NCBI GenBank assembly: GCA_964016885.1
Contig: OZ024754.1
Span: 15,996,001-16,060,000, forward strand
Origin: Eledone cirrhosa
Taxonomy: Eukaryota
Direction of reading: 5' to 3'
DNA: 64,000 nucleotides
A model generated the notes under the pieces. That model saw only the letters and a program-made list of their open reading frames with translations, was not told the DNA's origin and did no database searches. The number at the start of each line of letters is the position of its first letter. Position 1 is the first letter of the stretch. The position numbers were made by a program, and so were the translations under genes. Positions 12,201 through 50,798 of the stretch are shown piece by piece.

Positions 12201-15200
12201 ATTTATATATATAGTACATGCAGAACATCTATATTTTTTTACAGGCAGAATGCTCAATCATTCCGAGAGAAAACAGGATCTTTCAGAAAACTTCTCAAAA
12301 ATAGGGCAGAATTTGGTAAGAGGATCATAGATATATCATCATCATCATATATCAATCTAGCAGTGGTACTCAGTGTTGCACAGGTGCTGAATATGTAGAA
12401 AATATATATTTTTTTTAAAGTTTAAATGATTTAACTCATGGCTAGTTTTTATGAAATTCTTTACATATACACTAATTAACAAACATACATTTACAATCTC
12501 AGTAACACTCATGCACTAACTCTCAATTATTCAATTATATATTAATTCATGATTACATATGTTTATATTTTCAGTGTTCATTAGTGCTCCTAACAAAATT
12601 CCTATAAGTACAGATGATGGTGGAAATGAAGGTGAACACACCAAAGGTTAGAATGAAAAAAATATTTCTAAAAAGTTTTTTCTTCTTTACATCATTAAAA
12701 TGTGAGATTGGCAGAGTCGTTAGAATGTCAGATAAAATGCTTTGTGGTGTTCATTTTGTCTCTCTGAGGTCAACTTTGCTTTTCATCCATTTGAGGTCAA
12801 GTACTGGGGTCGATTCTTCCTCTCTTTCTCTGGAAGAAATCTGCTGTATTCAGACCAAGAGAATAAATGGGCTTCGCCAAGTTGTAAAATGTGCCCCAGA
12901 AACCATGCAGAATAGATTTCTCGTCACCCAATGCTCCATGGAAATCAGAAGACTGGATAGTTATTACATAGATCACAGCTGAAGTATCAATAATGTATAT
13001 ACTACCAACCCACCAGTATTTTATTGTATTGATCTTTCTGAAAATGTATATTGTATATCTGAATATCATTAACTTTCTGTATATTGTAGATAGTGATGAA
13101 AGAGGATGGTGGTTTTCAAGAGAAGACAGTTACTTCCGAGCTAAAGATGAATCCAATTGCTGTGATGGTTATCAACAATCAATAGAAATAATTAAAAAAG
13201 TCATGAAAGAACAGGTTTCTATGAAACGTTTTATTGTGCCTTTATTTAAAAAAAAAAACTGGTTTTAAATTTAATTATTCATTAATCCTTATAATATTCT
13301 AATTAGATGTGTAATAAAAATGCTGTTTTGTATTGTTTCATTCACATGAGATATATTAAATTTGTAGGGACCATTTGATGGACTGTTTGGATTTAGCCAG
13401 GGGGCTTCATTCGTATCTCTATTATGTGCACTAAGAGAACAGGATCCTGGTAAGTCTCCATTGTTTAACACATTCATTACCATACTTCAAATAACTGTTT
13501 CAAGTAATTTTGAAAATAATCAAGAATTTGGTGATAAATTATTTTTCAGGAAATAATATTTGTTAACTTCCTGTTCTGTCTCTCATTAAGTACTTTACCA
13601 TTGGGCATTATCACTGTCTTTCCATCATCTTCCTCAGTTGATCCAAACTTTCTGCTATTAACACCAGATCATCTGTCTAGAGCTCTCTCCTTTACAGGCC
13701 AATACCTCCAACACAACAGATAAATATATATTATTCTAGCCCTACTTCACAAATATAAAGATCTCACTAATTATTATGTAGGTCTGGCTTTAGTCAATAT
13801 CACCTCAGTTCTGGAGCTGGACACATTATCCAGAGTTGATGAAAAGAGAACAGATGGTCTTACCATATTATTCCTTAGTTAGACGTAGTGTTGGTACCGC
13901 AATAAATACACCCAGCCAGCTCTGTAAAGTGATAGTGCTGGTACGATGATAATAAGTACCCAGTTCTGATGCCATGATAAAACATACCTGGTACATGTGT
14001 AAGACCTATACAGCAAGTGGATATATAAGACCTATACTGCCATGTTTTCATGTGTAGAAACTTTGGTATCATTACTGTAATTTATTTAGGCTTCTACTTA
14101 CTGATACAGTATTTTAAATTGTATTAATTTCTTCCATGCTATAGTTAATCTCATAAATTTGGCCTTTTCGTGAGTATATTATGTCTATGAACCTCTGACT
14201 CCTGGTGTAGTCATATGGGCAGCATAGTGACATATGGCATTTCTTGAGCATTTTAAACCTGGCAAAGTCCATCCCATTCCAAAGAGATATTGAGGTAGAC
14301 TGGTACATTTTTTTTTATTGACTTCAAAAAGATGAAAGGCAAAGTTAACCTTCGTGGGCTTTGAATTCAGAGAGCAAGAACGAAAACTGCAAACCAACTG
14401 ATCTGATATTTGAGGAGCTGTGCCAATTTCACCTTATATAGTATTGATAATATATGTTTATGCTGCTATTAACCACATACAATAATATAAGGTATATTTC
14501 TGATTTTATAACAGAAGGAGACCTGAAGTTTTCATTTGCAATCATTGTTGCTGGTTTTAAAAGTAAGAGTTTACAACATCAATCATTATATGAAGAGAAG
14601 GTAACCATTCCAACCTTACATGTATTTGGTGAAACAGACAGTGTTATACCAAAGGGTAAGTTGAAATACAACAAGTGTTTTAACCCTTTCCTGGATGTAT
14701 TTCTTACGAAATACACTTAATACACAATTAACCCTTTTAGCATTTACATTACTCTATATTTACTATTGTATTTTCATGATAAAGGCTTTACCTCTCACAA
14801 TTATCTCACATAATATTGAATCTATGAGAACAATACTTACATTAAAGTATGAGGGGAAAGAACTCTGGCCAGTTTAAATGCTGAAGGATTTACTAAAATA
14901 GTAACTTAACATGGTTTTTATATAAAATTGTGGAAATATAAGACCTATGTTTTTGAAGTACGGAGTGTTTTGTGTGTAGAAATATGCATCTTATAAAATG
15001 GTTAGATGTGTTTCATAGAACCAGATTCTATTTTGACCAGGTTGGTCTATATATACATAGTATGAGCATCAGTGAAATACTTTTTTCCCAATCCCAGGAA
15101 GGATCCATAGAAGTAGGTGATAGCTTTTGCTAGTTAGGTGATCTAATTAGCAGTGGAGGTTGTTTTGAGAGCATAGTAGCTGTTCACAACAAAATACTTC

Positions 15201-15615
15201 TGTTATATATTAGGGTTGGTGTCACAATGAAAAGCACCTATCTACCCAGTAAGGTGGTAGTGCTGGAGTCACAATAACATGCCCCAGTACATATAAAGTG
15301 GCTGGTGTTAAGGGTATCCAGCTGTAGAAATTGCTCCTAGTACAGTGGTTGGCATTATGAAGGGCATCCAGTCATAGAAATCAAATGGAGCAAATTAACA
15401 AGACGTGACCACCTGACTGACCCATGCAAGCATGGAACACAGACATTTAAAGTTTTTCTGTTTCTAATTTAGATATGAGTGAAGACCTGTCACAACATTA
15501 TACTAACTCTACAATAATTCAACATACTGGTGGCCATTATGTTCCATCTTCAGCTTTAGAGAAGAAGACCTATATTCACTTCATTGAACAACAAGCTCAA
15601 CAGAAACAGCTTTGA
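9280..15615 (+). CDS. OVCA2: Esterase OVCA2 / FSH1-family serine hydrolase, 8 exons, 234 aa
   Basis: Exons 9280-9327, 11436-11458, 12245-12315, 12575-12646, 13090-13214, 13368-13449, 14515-14655, 15473-15615, all GT-AG and in phase (705 nt). Motifs: LRILCIHGYRQN, FREKTG, RGWWF, GPFDGLFGFSQGA (nucleophile Ser), PTLHVFGETDSVIP (Asp), HTGGHYVP (His). Confidence 0.95.
9863..10529 (+). mobile_element. CRE-clade non-LTR retrotransposon 3' fragment flanked by an inverted copy of its own 3'UTR
   Basis: About 10054-10301 translates, with one frameshift, to AAERSKTLKY...FQPVAFETFGGVG...WLFQRISLAITRGNAASVL*, the restriction-like endonuclease C-terminus. 9863-~10050 is the reverse complement of ~10340-10529. 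Confidence 0.8.
14732..14888 (+). mobile_element. piggyBac-type MITE, internally deleted copy
   Basis: Same TIR and body as the 4276 copy; right TIR is degenerate. Confidence 0.7.
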
Positions 15616-17237
15616 AGACCAACACATTTCTTGTAAATATTACACACGTTTGAAAATTAAAAGTAAAAATATTTTGAAATTATAGTATTTATGGCGGAAA
15701 ATTGTATTTACTGTATTTGAACAATTATAAAGGGTAAAGTGACGGCTGTACATAATATAAAAAAAGAGATGTTTGTCATTCCTCGATGTAATCACCTCTT
15801 CCTTCTTCAGTCATCTCTAGTGTGTGGCGGACAAATACACATGGTTTTTATATTAGTAGATAATGTGAAAATATGGCTTATTCTTGAAATTATCGCCATT
15901 CCAAGTTCACATGGGCTGAATGGGTTGTTGTGATGGGGTGACCAATTTTATTCCTTACTCTCCATATTTGGAATGGCTTCTACAGCTGAATGCCAACCAC
16001 CTTATAAGATGTGCTGTCTGCATTTTTTTCTGAGCATCATAACTACCACTTTACATAGCATATTGGGTGCATTTTATATGGCTACAGTGCTACCACTTTA
16101 CAGTTATATAATTTTAGGCCCTACTCATATTTTTTGTTTTGGCAAGGGCATCCAGCACCAAAAACCAAGCGTATGAGCAGGACTTAGTCACCTGACCAGT
16201 CTAACCCATGTATGGAAAATAGACATTAAATAGGGTTGTTGTGTATGCATGCACCTGTAAACCACTATTTATAGAACACATCTGGAGACAATTCATACAC
16301 GATAATTGGTAGACTATTTACATCTTAAAATTGATTGTTCCCATTGCATATTTGCAGTGGAGGGATGCTGTGCTGGAAGAAGCCTATGCAAGCATGGAAA
16401 ATCATCACCATTCAAAGTCATTTTCCATGCTGGCATGGGTTAGACAGGCTGCTACATTATGAGATCAGATGATCACATCAACCTCATGTGATCAGTTTGG
16501 TTTTTAACAGCTGGTTATCCTTCTTAACTTAATGTCAATCACCTAACAGAATGGACTGGGTGTTTTGTTGTGGCACCCACACAACCACGTTGCATTGATG
16601 ATGTGTTTACTAATTGATTATTCAAATATATATTCTTATAGTTTAACATCCATTTTTCCATGCTGGCATGGATTAGATGAAAATAAAAGATATACTCAAT
16701 GAAAACTGAAACGAAACTTGGTTAAATATTCATGTTATGGAAATATACAAAATGGTTTATTATCCTCAAATAATGAAGTGAAAAAACTGTTCCTCTTTCC
16801 ACAAACCAGCTTCTCCCGAACAGCATTTGAAATCTTTGAAAGTTTTGATTTATGAAAAAGAAGTGAAACAGCAGAACAGCTTTTTGAAGTTGATGGTTCT
16901 TAAAATTCAAATTGGAATTTAACAAAATATATATATTTCACTATGGCACTGGTCCTGTTGTGTTACATTGGTAGCTGTTGTGCAAATAGTTGAGATGTCT
17001 TCATTCAGACAGAGCAGTTAGCCAGACGCACAGCAAAGAGCCATATCAGAATAGACAATAGCACACTTCATTGTTGAATGCTGTCAAAACTGCTATTCCT
17101 GACCAGCACTAAGGCATGTGGCAGCTTTCCACTAATGACTCTCTGCTTAAGAGTTTCCATGCTTAGGTTGTTAGGCATGTATATTCTTTAGAGAGATTTG
17201 GAAGGATTTCAACTCCTGGAATAATAACCACCAATGT

Positions 17238-42206
<24,969 letters not shown>

Positions 42207-43854
42207 CTTGAACTACAAGCAATAATTGACCCACATGCAAACTGTAATAAACTAAGTCAAATTCTTATTTATTTTCTCCACCTTCTGGTAGGCTTTGATG
42301 CAAACATTTGATCTTAAAAATGAACTTACAACGACAATAAATTTTTAAGTAAGGCCGATTTTTATTTCTTTATTTTTTTCTTGTTGAAGACAAATGAACA
42401 CATATCTCGGTTCTTTGTTCTTCTATAGTAAAGTGACGCTGGCGTTTTCACGTTACATTCACGAACGATAACTCAATTCCACAACTGAAATTACCTCCCT
42501 TCCTTTAATTAATTTTTTGTTTGTTTATTATTTTTACTTTGGCAGTCTTTAGAACGTCAGATAGAATTCTTGCAATATTCGTTCCGGCTCTCTGCTTTCT
42601 GAATTAAAATCACGCCGGTGTCAACTTTGCTTCTCATCTATTCGAAGTTGATAAATAAAGTACTGGGGTCGAATTTTCTCTATATGTCTTTTCCACTTTC
42701 TCTCTATATATATTCCTTTTCGTACCAATCGCCGTCGTGACCATTGGTGTTGCTCACCATTCTCCGCTGCAATACCTTTGCTATTTTGTCCATGGGACGC
42801 AGTTGAAACCCCGCTCTGATTGGGATGTTGAGTATACCCCCCCCCCCCTCTCCCTTTCGATGCTTAATTCCCTTTTCTTCTTTTCCTTATTTTTGTTTCC
42901 TTATTGCCATGGACAGTTTTTTAAAATCTCATTTTCTGTATTCTTTGTATTAAACTAATAAATTCTCTGGAAGAAATCAGTTATATTCTGACCTGGAGGG
43001 AAATGTGTTTCGCCAGGTTTAAATGTCTTAAAACTATGTCCCAATGGTGCCCCTATGACTCGATGAGGAGGTAGGTGCCCATGCATTGATGTATATAAAT
43101 TTAGCAATTAATTTGATTAGATGTGCGAGGTTCCAATTGTCAAGGTTTGCTACCTTCTGGACCCTCTTCGGGGTCTTGGGATATGCAATCTTTGTGCGTC
43201 CATCCCAGGACAAGTCGCAGGCCTATCGCCAGTTTTTGCAGCATGAAATGGAGACAGCAATATCATTTTCAAGCAGGCGCCTCTACCTAAACAAACCCGT
43301 GAAGACTAGGCTTTTTTAGAGGCAGCCTTTGCTCACCTTGTCATATCTACATCACTGAGTTTTGAGAGTCTTCTTGGGAGCTACAGTTGTCACCCATTGC
43401 TCCATCTCTCCTAGTAGTTTACCACTATTGGTGCGGGGTGGCTTATTCGTCCGGCAACTGCCTGCTTCTATTCCAACTAACCATCATATTTGGTGGCCAT
43501 ATCGCTATCCTCCACCTGCAACTCAACTGGCCTGAGTCTTGTAATCTGAGAGTCTCTTGAATTTGATATTAGGGACCATATTCATAATCCAGCTCTCAAA
43601 GTTTTCAAGTATTCCATTGTGTGGTGGGTTGTTCCTGGGCTTCGGAGTTCTCCTGTGCATGGTATTGAGTCCTTCTGTCGGAGTGGTAAGCAGGCCATCT
43701 CATATGTCTGATGAATGAGTTGGTTTTTTGAATAATCAGACACATGCATGTGGGGGTTAGATGACAAAGCATTTGGCTATTTAGCTAGCACTTATTACAA
43801 GTCACCTTTCCCTTTATTTTTACGTGGGTGGTCCCACAAGCCACGTCTATAGCA

Positions 43855-44657
43855 TGTAAATGTACCCACTGCCTGTCCATGTAAATGTATCCACTGTCTG
43901 TCCATGTAAATGTACCCACTGCCTGTCTGTGTAAATGTACCCACTGCCTGTCCGTGTAAATGTACCCACTGCCTGTCCGTGTAAATGTACCCACTGCCTG
44001 TCCGTGTAAATGTACCCATTGCCTGTCCGTGTAAATGTACCCACTGCCTGTCCGTGTAAATGTACCCACTGCCTGTCCGTGTGAATGTACCCACTGCCTG
44101 TCCGTGTAAATGTACCCACTGCCTGTCCGTGTAAATGTATCCACTGTCTGTCCATGTAAATGTACCCACTGCCTGTCTGTGTAAATGTACCCACTGCCTG
44201 TCCGTGTAAATGTACCCACTGCCTGTCCGTGTAAATGTACCCACTGCCTGTCCGTGTAAATATACCCACTGCCTGTCCGTCTAAATGTACCCACTGCCTG
44301 TCCGTGTAAATGTACCCACTGCCTGTCCGTGTAAATGCACCCACTGCCTGTCCGTGTAAATGCACCCACTGCCTGTCCGTGTAAATGCACCCACTGCCTG
44401 TCCGTGTAAATGTACCCACTTTCTGTCCGTGTAAATGTACCCACTGCCTGTCCGTGTAAATGTACCCACTACCTGTCCGTGTAAATGTACCCACTGTCCC
44501 CACTGTCTGTCCGTGTAAATGTACCCACTGTCTGTCCGTGTAAATGTACCCACTGCCTGTCCGTGTAAATGTACCCACTGCCTGTCCATGTAAATGTACC
44601 CACTGCCTGTCCGTGTAAATGTACCCACTATCTGTCCGTGTAAATGTACCCACTGTC
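43855..44657. repeat. 25 bp minisatellite, about 32 copies
   Basis: Unit gtaaatgtacccactgcctgtccgt. Confidence 0.95.
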
Positions 44658-47600
44658 CGGTGTTTAATGTCTTATCCTGTAAATGTTTTTAAACCTTTTA
44701 AACCCTTTAAAACTTTTAAAAGCCCTTCTGGGATAGATCAGGACCCCATTAAGCCGTGGTGAAGGCAACCCATCTAGGAGAAGGAAATCTCTGATATAAA
44801 AACCAACTGCAGAAATTTAAATACCAAATTGGTGTCTGGTGTAGAATAATTCACCTCATGGCTAGTTAGATGTCTTCAGCCCTGAACGGCAGTCTCTCTA
44901 GAGATGGTGTCTTGATAAAAACACCTGGATGTAGGGTTGGCATCCCACATCTTGCATCAGCTACCAAAAGAACTATCATCGCATCCAGGGTCCAAGCCCC
45001 TGCTTTTCCAGTTCCCAACTCAAACCTTGTTTCCTACGAAACGAATGACCAGTCACCTCTCAACTCTTCGGAGTAAGATGATTGTGAAGAGGGAGATGCC
45101 GGACCAATGAACAACAACTCCACATCTAAGTTCAACTCTCAAACTTTGTCAGAGACCAGCGGAGAACAAGAACTTCTCTTTTGCACAAAAAAAAACTGGA
45201 TTGACATCCTGAGCATCCAAGAGCACAGACATTACCACCCTGACTTAAATCTGAACTATACTAACTTTGGTAAATATCAATTAATCACTGCCTCAGCCAC
45301 AAAAAACACCGAAGGCTCAACTGTAGGTGGAGTTGGTATACTTCTCCCTCCTAAAGACTCAGGAAACCTGCTAACAGTTGAAAAAATATCTGACTGCATA
45401 ATTGTGGCTGAATTCAACAGTAACCCTCAAACCACGTTCATTGCATGCTACTGTCCAACCAACACAAGTGACGAAAAGATAGTAGACGACTTCTACTCTG
45501 ATCTGAAGGGAGTAACAGAAACTGTCTGCCCCCACAATTTTCTTGTCATTACAGGGAACTTTAATGGCCAAATAGGCAAAAGTAAAGCTCCATTCTTGTA
45601 TAATAATGTAACAAACCAAAACAGAGAAAAACTGATGGACCTTGTTGACAAGTTCCAACTCCAAATTACAAAAACCAGGTTCATGAAAAATTCAAACCGT
45701 CTGTGGACTTTTCAACACCCGTCAGGTTCCTGTTCACAAATTGATTATATCCTTGTCAGAAACAAATGAAAGAACAGTGTTTGTAACACCCAGGCATACT
45801 CGTCCTTCTCCTCAGTTGGCTCTGATCATAGAGTTGTTTCCATACATGCCGCCCTTAACCTAAGGTCATCTAAACCATCAAAGCAAAACCCCATGAAACA
45901 AGTGGACTGGACAAAAGTATCCTCAAACAGAACCTTGAGACACACCTTTGCTGTGGATGTTAAGAATTGTTTCTCTAGTGAGTCTGGCGATATTGAAGCA
46001 CGATACAACAACCTTATTTCATCCACAGAAGAAATTGCTCTCTCAAAGGAAAAAACAAAACATACTGCCATCAACTCAGATGTTCATGTGAGGAATGCAA
46101 GAAAAGATCTGCAAAGAGTCAAACTGCTATATGAACAAAGGCCAACCGGAGGTGCCTTCAAAAACACCTCTAAAGTACAAGGGTCACTCGATGAGGCCTC
46201 TGCCAAAGCAAATGCTGACTACATCCAAGGGGAGATCAATCAGATTGCAAGCCTGCATGCAGCGAAACAACATGCTGTAGCCTGGAAAACAATAAATACA
46301 CTTTCTGGGAGAAAGTCAATGCCATCTATTCAGCTCAAAGGTGGTTCCACTGAAAAGCGCAAAGCCAACTGGCTCCACCACTTTAAGAAACTCCTTGGAG
46401 AACCCCCTCAGAACAGAGGCCTGCCACTTCCTCTGTATCAAATATACAGCATCCTGGATATCAATATCCATTTACGATCGATGAACTCAAAACGACCCTC
46501 AAAGAATTCTCCAACAACAAATCTCCAGGTCTTGACAATTTACCAACATTGCTGTGGAAAGATCCAACTTTTCATGACCTCCTTCTTGAGTTCTGCATCA
46601 CTATCATACATCACTCACCTCCTTCAGCCTGGCTGAAGAGTGGAATAGTACTTCTCCCAAAAAAGGGCGATCTAAGAAGTGCAGCAAATAACTCTCATGC
46701 CAATTGTGGCAAAAGTCTACAACAAGCTTCTGTTAAATAGGATAGTCCCTGCCCTTGATCCTTTACTTTGAAAAAACCAGAATGGATTTAGAAGAGACAG
46801 AACAACAACTGCTCAAATTCTCTCTATACTGGAAGAAATGAAAAAACTCAACAAGGAGATCATGATCTGTTTTGTCGACTTTCGCAGGGCGTTTGATTCT
46901 ATTAGTACAGATCTTATGTTTAAAATACTTAAACTCTATGGAATACCTTCTGGAATTGTTGAGGCAATTGAAGCTCTGTACATTGTATCAGCTGATGGCG
47001 AGACTGAATCCTTTGAAGTAAAAGCAGGAGTTCTACAAGGAGACACACTTGCCCCTTTTCTCTTCATAGTTGTTCTAGACTATGTCCTGCGTATCTCGCT
47101 AGACAACATAAAGGAGAAGGGACTCCTTCTGAAACGTCACAACCTTGCACAATGTCTGACTAACCTAGATTTTGCCAATAATCTTGCCCTGATTTCTCAA
47201 TCTACAAAGGACGCAGAATCCCTGCTGCACTCGCTGAGCAAACAGCAAATCAGGTCAGTCTCTATTGTAATGAGAGTAAGACAGAATCCATCACAACCTT
47301 CCCTGAACCATCTGATTTGAAAACACTCAATAATACATCCATCAAAAGGGTTGAAAACTTTAAATTCCTTGGCTCTCATGTCATAGACTCCCAAAAAGAT
47401 TTCAACATCTATAAAGCTCTGGCATGGGATACATGCAACAGGCTTGACAAGGCTTGGCGCTCAAATTTATCATCCTCCTTAAAAGTCCAAATCTTTCGAA
47501 TATTGATTGAACCAGTACTTCTGTATGGATCAGAAACATGGACTTCATCTGTTCGTCTTGAAAGACGGCTGGATGGAACATATACAAATCTCCTCAGAAG

Positions 47601-47900
47601 AATCAAAAACATAAACTGGAGTTCACACGCAACAATTGAAACCATCTACGGAGATTTGATTCCAATATCCCTCAGACGCAAGCAAAAACGATTACAGTTT
47701 GGTGGTCACTGTCATTACACCAACAAAGAATTTCATCTCTCCTTCTGTGGCATCCCTCTGGATGTGTCTAGTCACGAAAACTGACTTTCACAGACACCAT
47801 AGCTCAGGACTCAGGGTTGGACATAAGGGATCTGGGGACAGTGATGCAGGACCGAACATTGTGGAAAGGGATTGTCAAGAGAGTTCCGACTGCCCACAGA
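44658..47900 (+). mobile_element. Near full-length degenerate RTE/RTEX-like LINE (APE + RT)
   Basis: APE: DILSIQEHR, GGVGILL, GNFNGQIG, SQIDYILV, SDH. RT: KSPGLD, PKKGDL, FVDFRRAFDSI, GVLQGDTLAPFLF, LDFANNLAL, FKFLGS, VLLYGSETW. Several stops and frameshifts. Confidence 0.9.
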
Positions 47901-47914
47901 ACAGCTCTGCCAAG

Positions 47915-48267
47915 AAGGGTCTTTGGAGTAACGCTAGTTGATAGAGTGTGTAGCTAGGAGATCAGATGGTCATTCCAGGTAAAGCCCCTACTTCTCCAAA
48001 TTGAGAGATCACAGCTCTGATACTATGGGCATGTAGTTAAAATGTCTCGGAAAAGAATCGCTGGACAGATTTTATGAGAAAAACCAATCGGCAGGGAACT
48101 CAAAGCAAGATAGTTGGATAACATCCACGAGCTTGGCTGCTCTAGCTTAGGGATCCAGCCAGATCAGTTGGAGACAGTTGTTTCTGACAGGACCCACTGG
48201 AAGGAGTGTTTGAGGACTCCGCCCCAACAACCCTCACAGGAATAAGTGGGAGAAGAAGAGGAAGAAG

Positions 48268-48270
<3 letters not shown>
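47915..48270 (+). mobile_element. RTE-like LINE 3' end (family of 19100-19440)
   Basis: Homologous coding remnant and the same 3' terminus, followed by (ta)n. Confidence 0.65.
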
Positions 48271-48332
<62 letters not shown>

Positions 48333-49277
48333 CACACACATATATTCGTATATGCATAATAACATTACCTAATTTCTGCACATGGGGGTTCCCCTCAGAC
48401 CACCTCCAGCAGAATGGAATCATAGAAACTGATGCATCGGTCCAGGTATCTCAATTTTCCTATCGAAGTCGTCGTCCACACTGATTAACGTATGTGTACA
48501 CTCTAATCGGTTGGGTTTCAATTTTAACAATACAGACTTAATTAGATTATTGAATGAGTGAAGAAACAATCGAAGCCGTATCCATTCTATTCGATAAGCT
48601 TCGTCTTTTAATTATATAAAGATATAGTTCAAGAAATGACAAAACAAATACAGAAATGTAAAAACAAAGTCTTATTAGTATCCCACTTAAGAGGAAGTAG
48701 AGGAGGGTTCGGCACTTCGAACATAAGTCCTTCTTTAGGAAATGGAGAATTCAAAGATGGAAAATGTTGGAACATCAGAGTTTGGGAAAAATTTGAGTAT
48801 TTAGCTCACAATCTTAAGGTCGTGAGTTTGATTCTTCTTATAGAAGAAATATTTTACTCTTTAATTTGCCAATTTGAAGATGCAAACAAGTAAGACTGTT
48901 GCTTCTTGGAAAACCTGCTGCCCTTATTCTAAACTTAAGTTTAGTTGACCTGCTAACATTGGCTCTGATCATTTGTTCTTGGAATACCTGCTGGTCTTAA
49001 TTCTAAACTGGAGGTGGCAGTTGGTTTGATGACATCAGCTCTGACTATTCATTTTCAGAATACCAACTGCCTTAATTCCAAACTTCTGACCTTAAAATGT
49101 GAGTTGTTGCTGTGAAAAGCAGGAAGTGTAAACACACTTTTCATTATACTTCCTCCTTTTCACAGAAAGGATTCCAACTAAAAAACTGTAGTTATATCTT
49201 GAATATATTCATAGAAAAATATGTTAGAATTTTATTATCAATAAATCATATTGAATAAACATTTTTCAAAATCAATT

Positions 49278-50538
49278 TTAATAATGCTTTGACCAATCAA
49301 CCTGAAATTTCATTTCCTTTCCTTCGACGAAGCGTTCAAGATTTTCTTGGAACACTTTGCAAACCTAGGAAATATAAACAGAAAATAAAATAAATTTACA
49401 TTTTACAGGAAACTAAAACAAGATAAAATAAAAAAACAAAACAAGAATTAAGTAAGATTCATCTATAAAAGATAATCTGAATAAGAACTTTACTTAGGAA
49501 TCTTCTACTTCTAAAACTACTTTCAACCCATGAGGCACCTTGGATGTCTTTTACTATAGCTTCTGGAGGACCAATAAGGATTTCTAGCATAGACACTATG
49601 CTAAACATTAAGTGTGGAGTGGTGGGATGTAGTTGATTTAAAATAACACTGTCTGTCACAATAATTTTGAAAATAGCAAAGAATTTGGAGTGATTTAATA
49701 ATATAACTTTCCCATTATTAAACTGGTATTTGGAGCTACTTAAAGGTTCTTACATAAGTTATGCTAGAAGGTTTTTAGATAAATATAAACATTTTAAACC
49801 AACAGTCTTGTATCATAGAACTAGGAATGGTTTCAGGTGGTTTGGTACCCCTGGCAGTGGAGACTTCTGGTGTCCTCGGCCCTAGGGCTACCTCCCTACT
49901 CACCACCATGGGCGCTGAGCTGGCCAGCCGCAGGTATGAACCCTGTGAGTTGGAGTGGCTTTTCCAGCGCGTCTCCCTTGCCGTCCTCTGGAGGAATGCT
50001 TTCTCCATCCATCCGACGCACGTCGTTTACCATAGTGTTGTGTCCCTAAATAGTTACAATGTAATTTGTCTGCAGTATGTATACAATGAGATATGATTAA
50101 AATGTAGACGTTGTATAAAAAAAAAAAATGAAAAAGGTTAAAGGAAGAATTATCTATTAACAATAAAAAACGTCTTCAAACTGGTAAAATAAAGAGTACA
50201 GTATCAAAAGGATTAAAGTGTTGCCCAGTTTAACACTACTAACTGGACCTAGAGTGCTTTTAGTTATATCAACTATTTTGCAAACATTTGGGATGGGCCT
50301 CCGGTTTGTAGATACCTTTCTTCCGCCTTCTTTGCCATCTATTTGTCTTGGAGGCCTTATAAAAGGGTCAGAGGTGCTGCCCTCCTCCTACCTAAGGGAC
50401 CCAAAAAGATTATCTGAGTGGCATAATTTTCAAATAAATAAAGGCCCACCATCACTATCATCACCACTGCCATCCACCATCCATGCTGGCATGGGTTGGA
50501 CAGGTTGTTACAGTCCAAAGAAAGAAAGAAAGAAAGAG

Positions 50539-50573
<35 letters not shown>

Positions 50574-50761
50574 AACATACATAGCTTGGTACAGAAGGAG
50601 CAGCAATGTGTGGAGTAATGAAAACATTTGGCATTCTCCATAACAAAGAATCTGATGGAAGAGGTTCTTTATTGAAGACATCTAAGATGGCAGAGTCAAT
50701 CCAATTTGACCTACAAAAACAAAACAAATAAATATAAAGTCAACAAGTGAGAGGGGGAGGG

Positions 50762-50798
<37 letters not shown>

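Noticed and set aside
43190-43810. Possible RTE/BovB 3' remnant on the - strand
   Set aside because: Similarity too weak to support by eye.
43785-44653. Four overlapping repetitive ORFs, or a CRISPR-like array
   Set aside because: Pure 25 bp tandem repeat with no unique spacers and no cas genes, in eukaryotic DNA.
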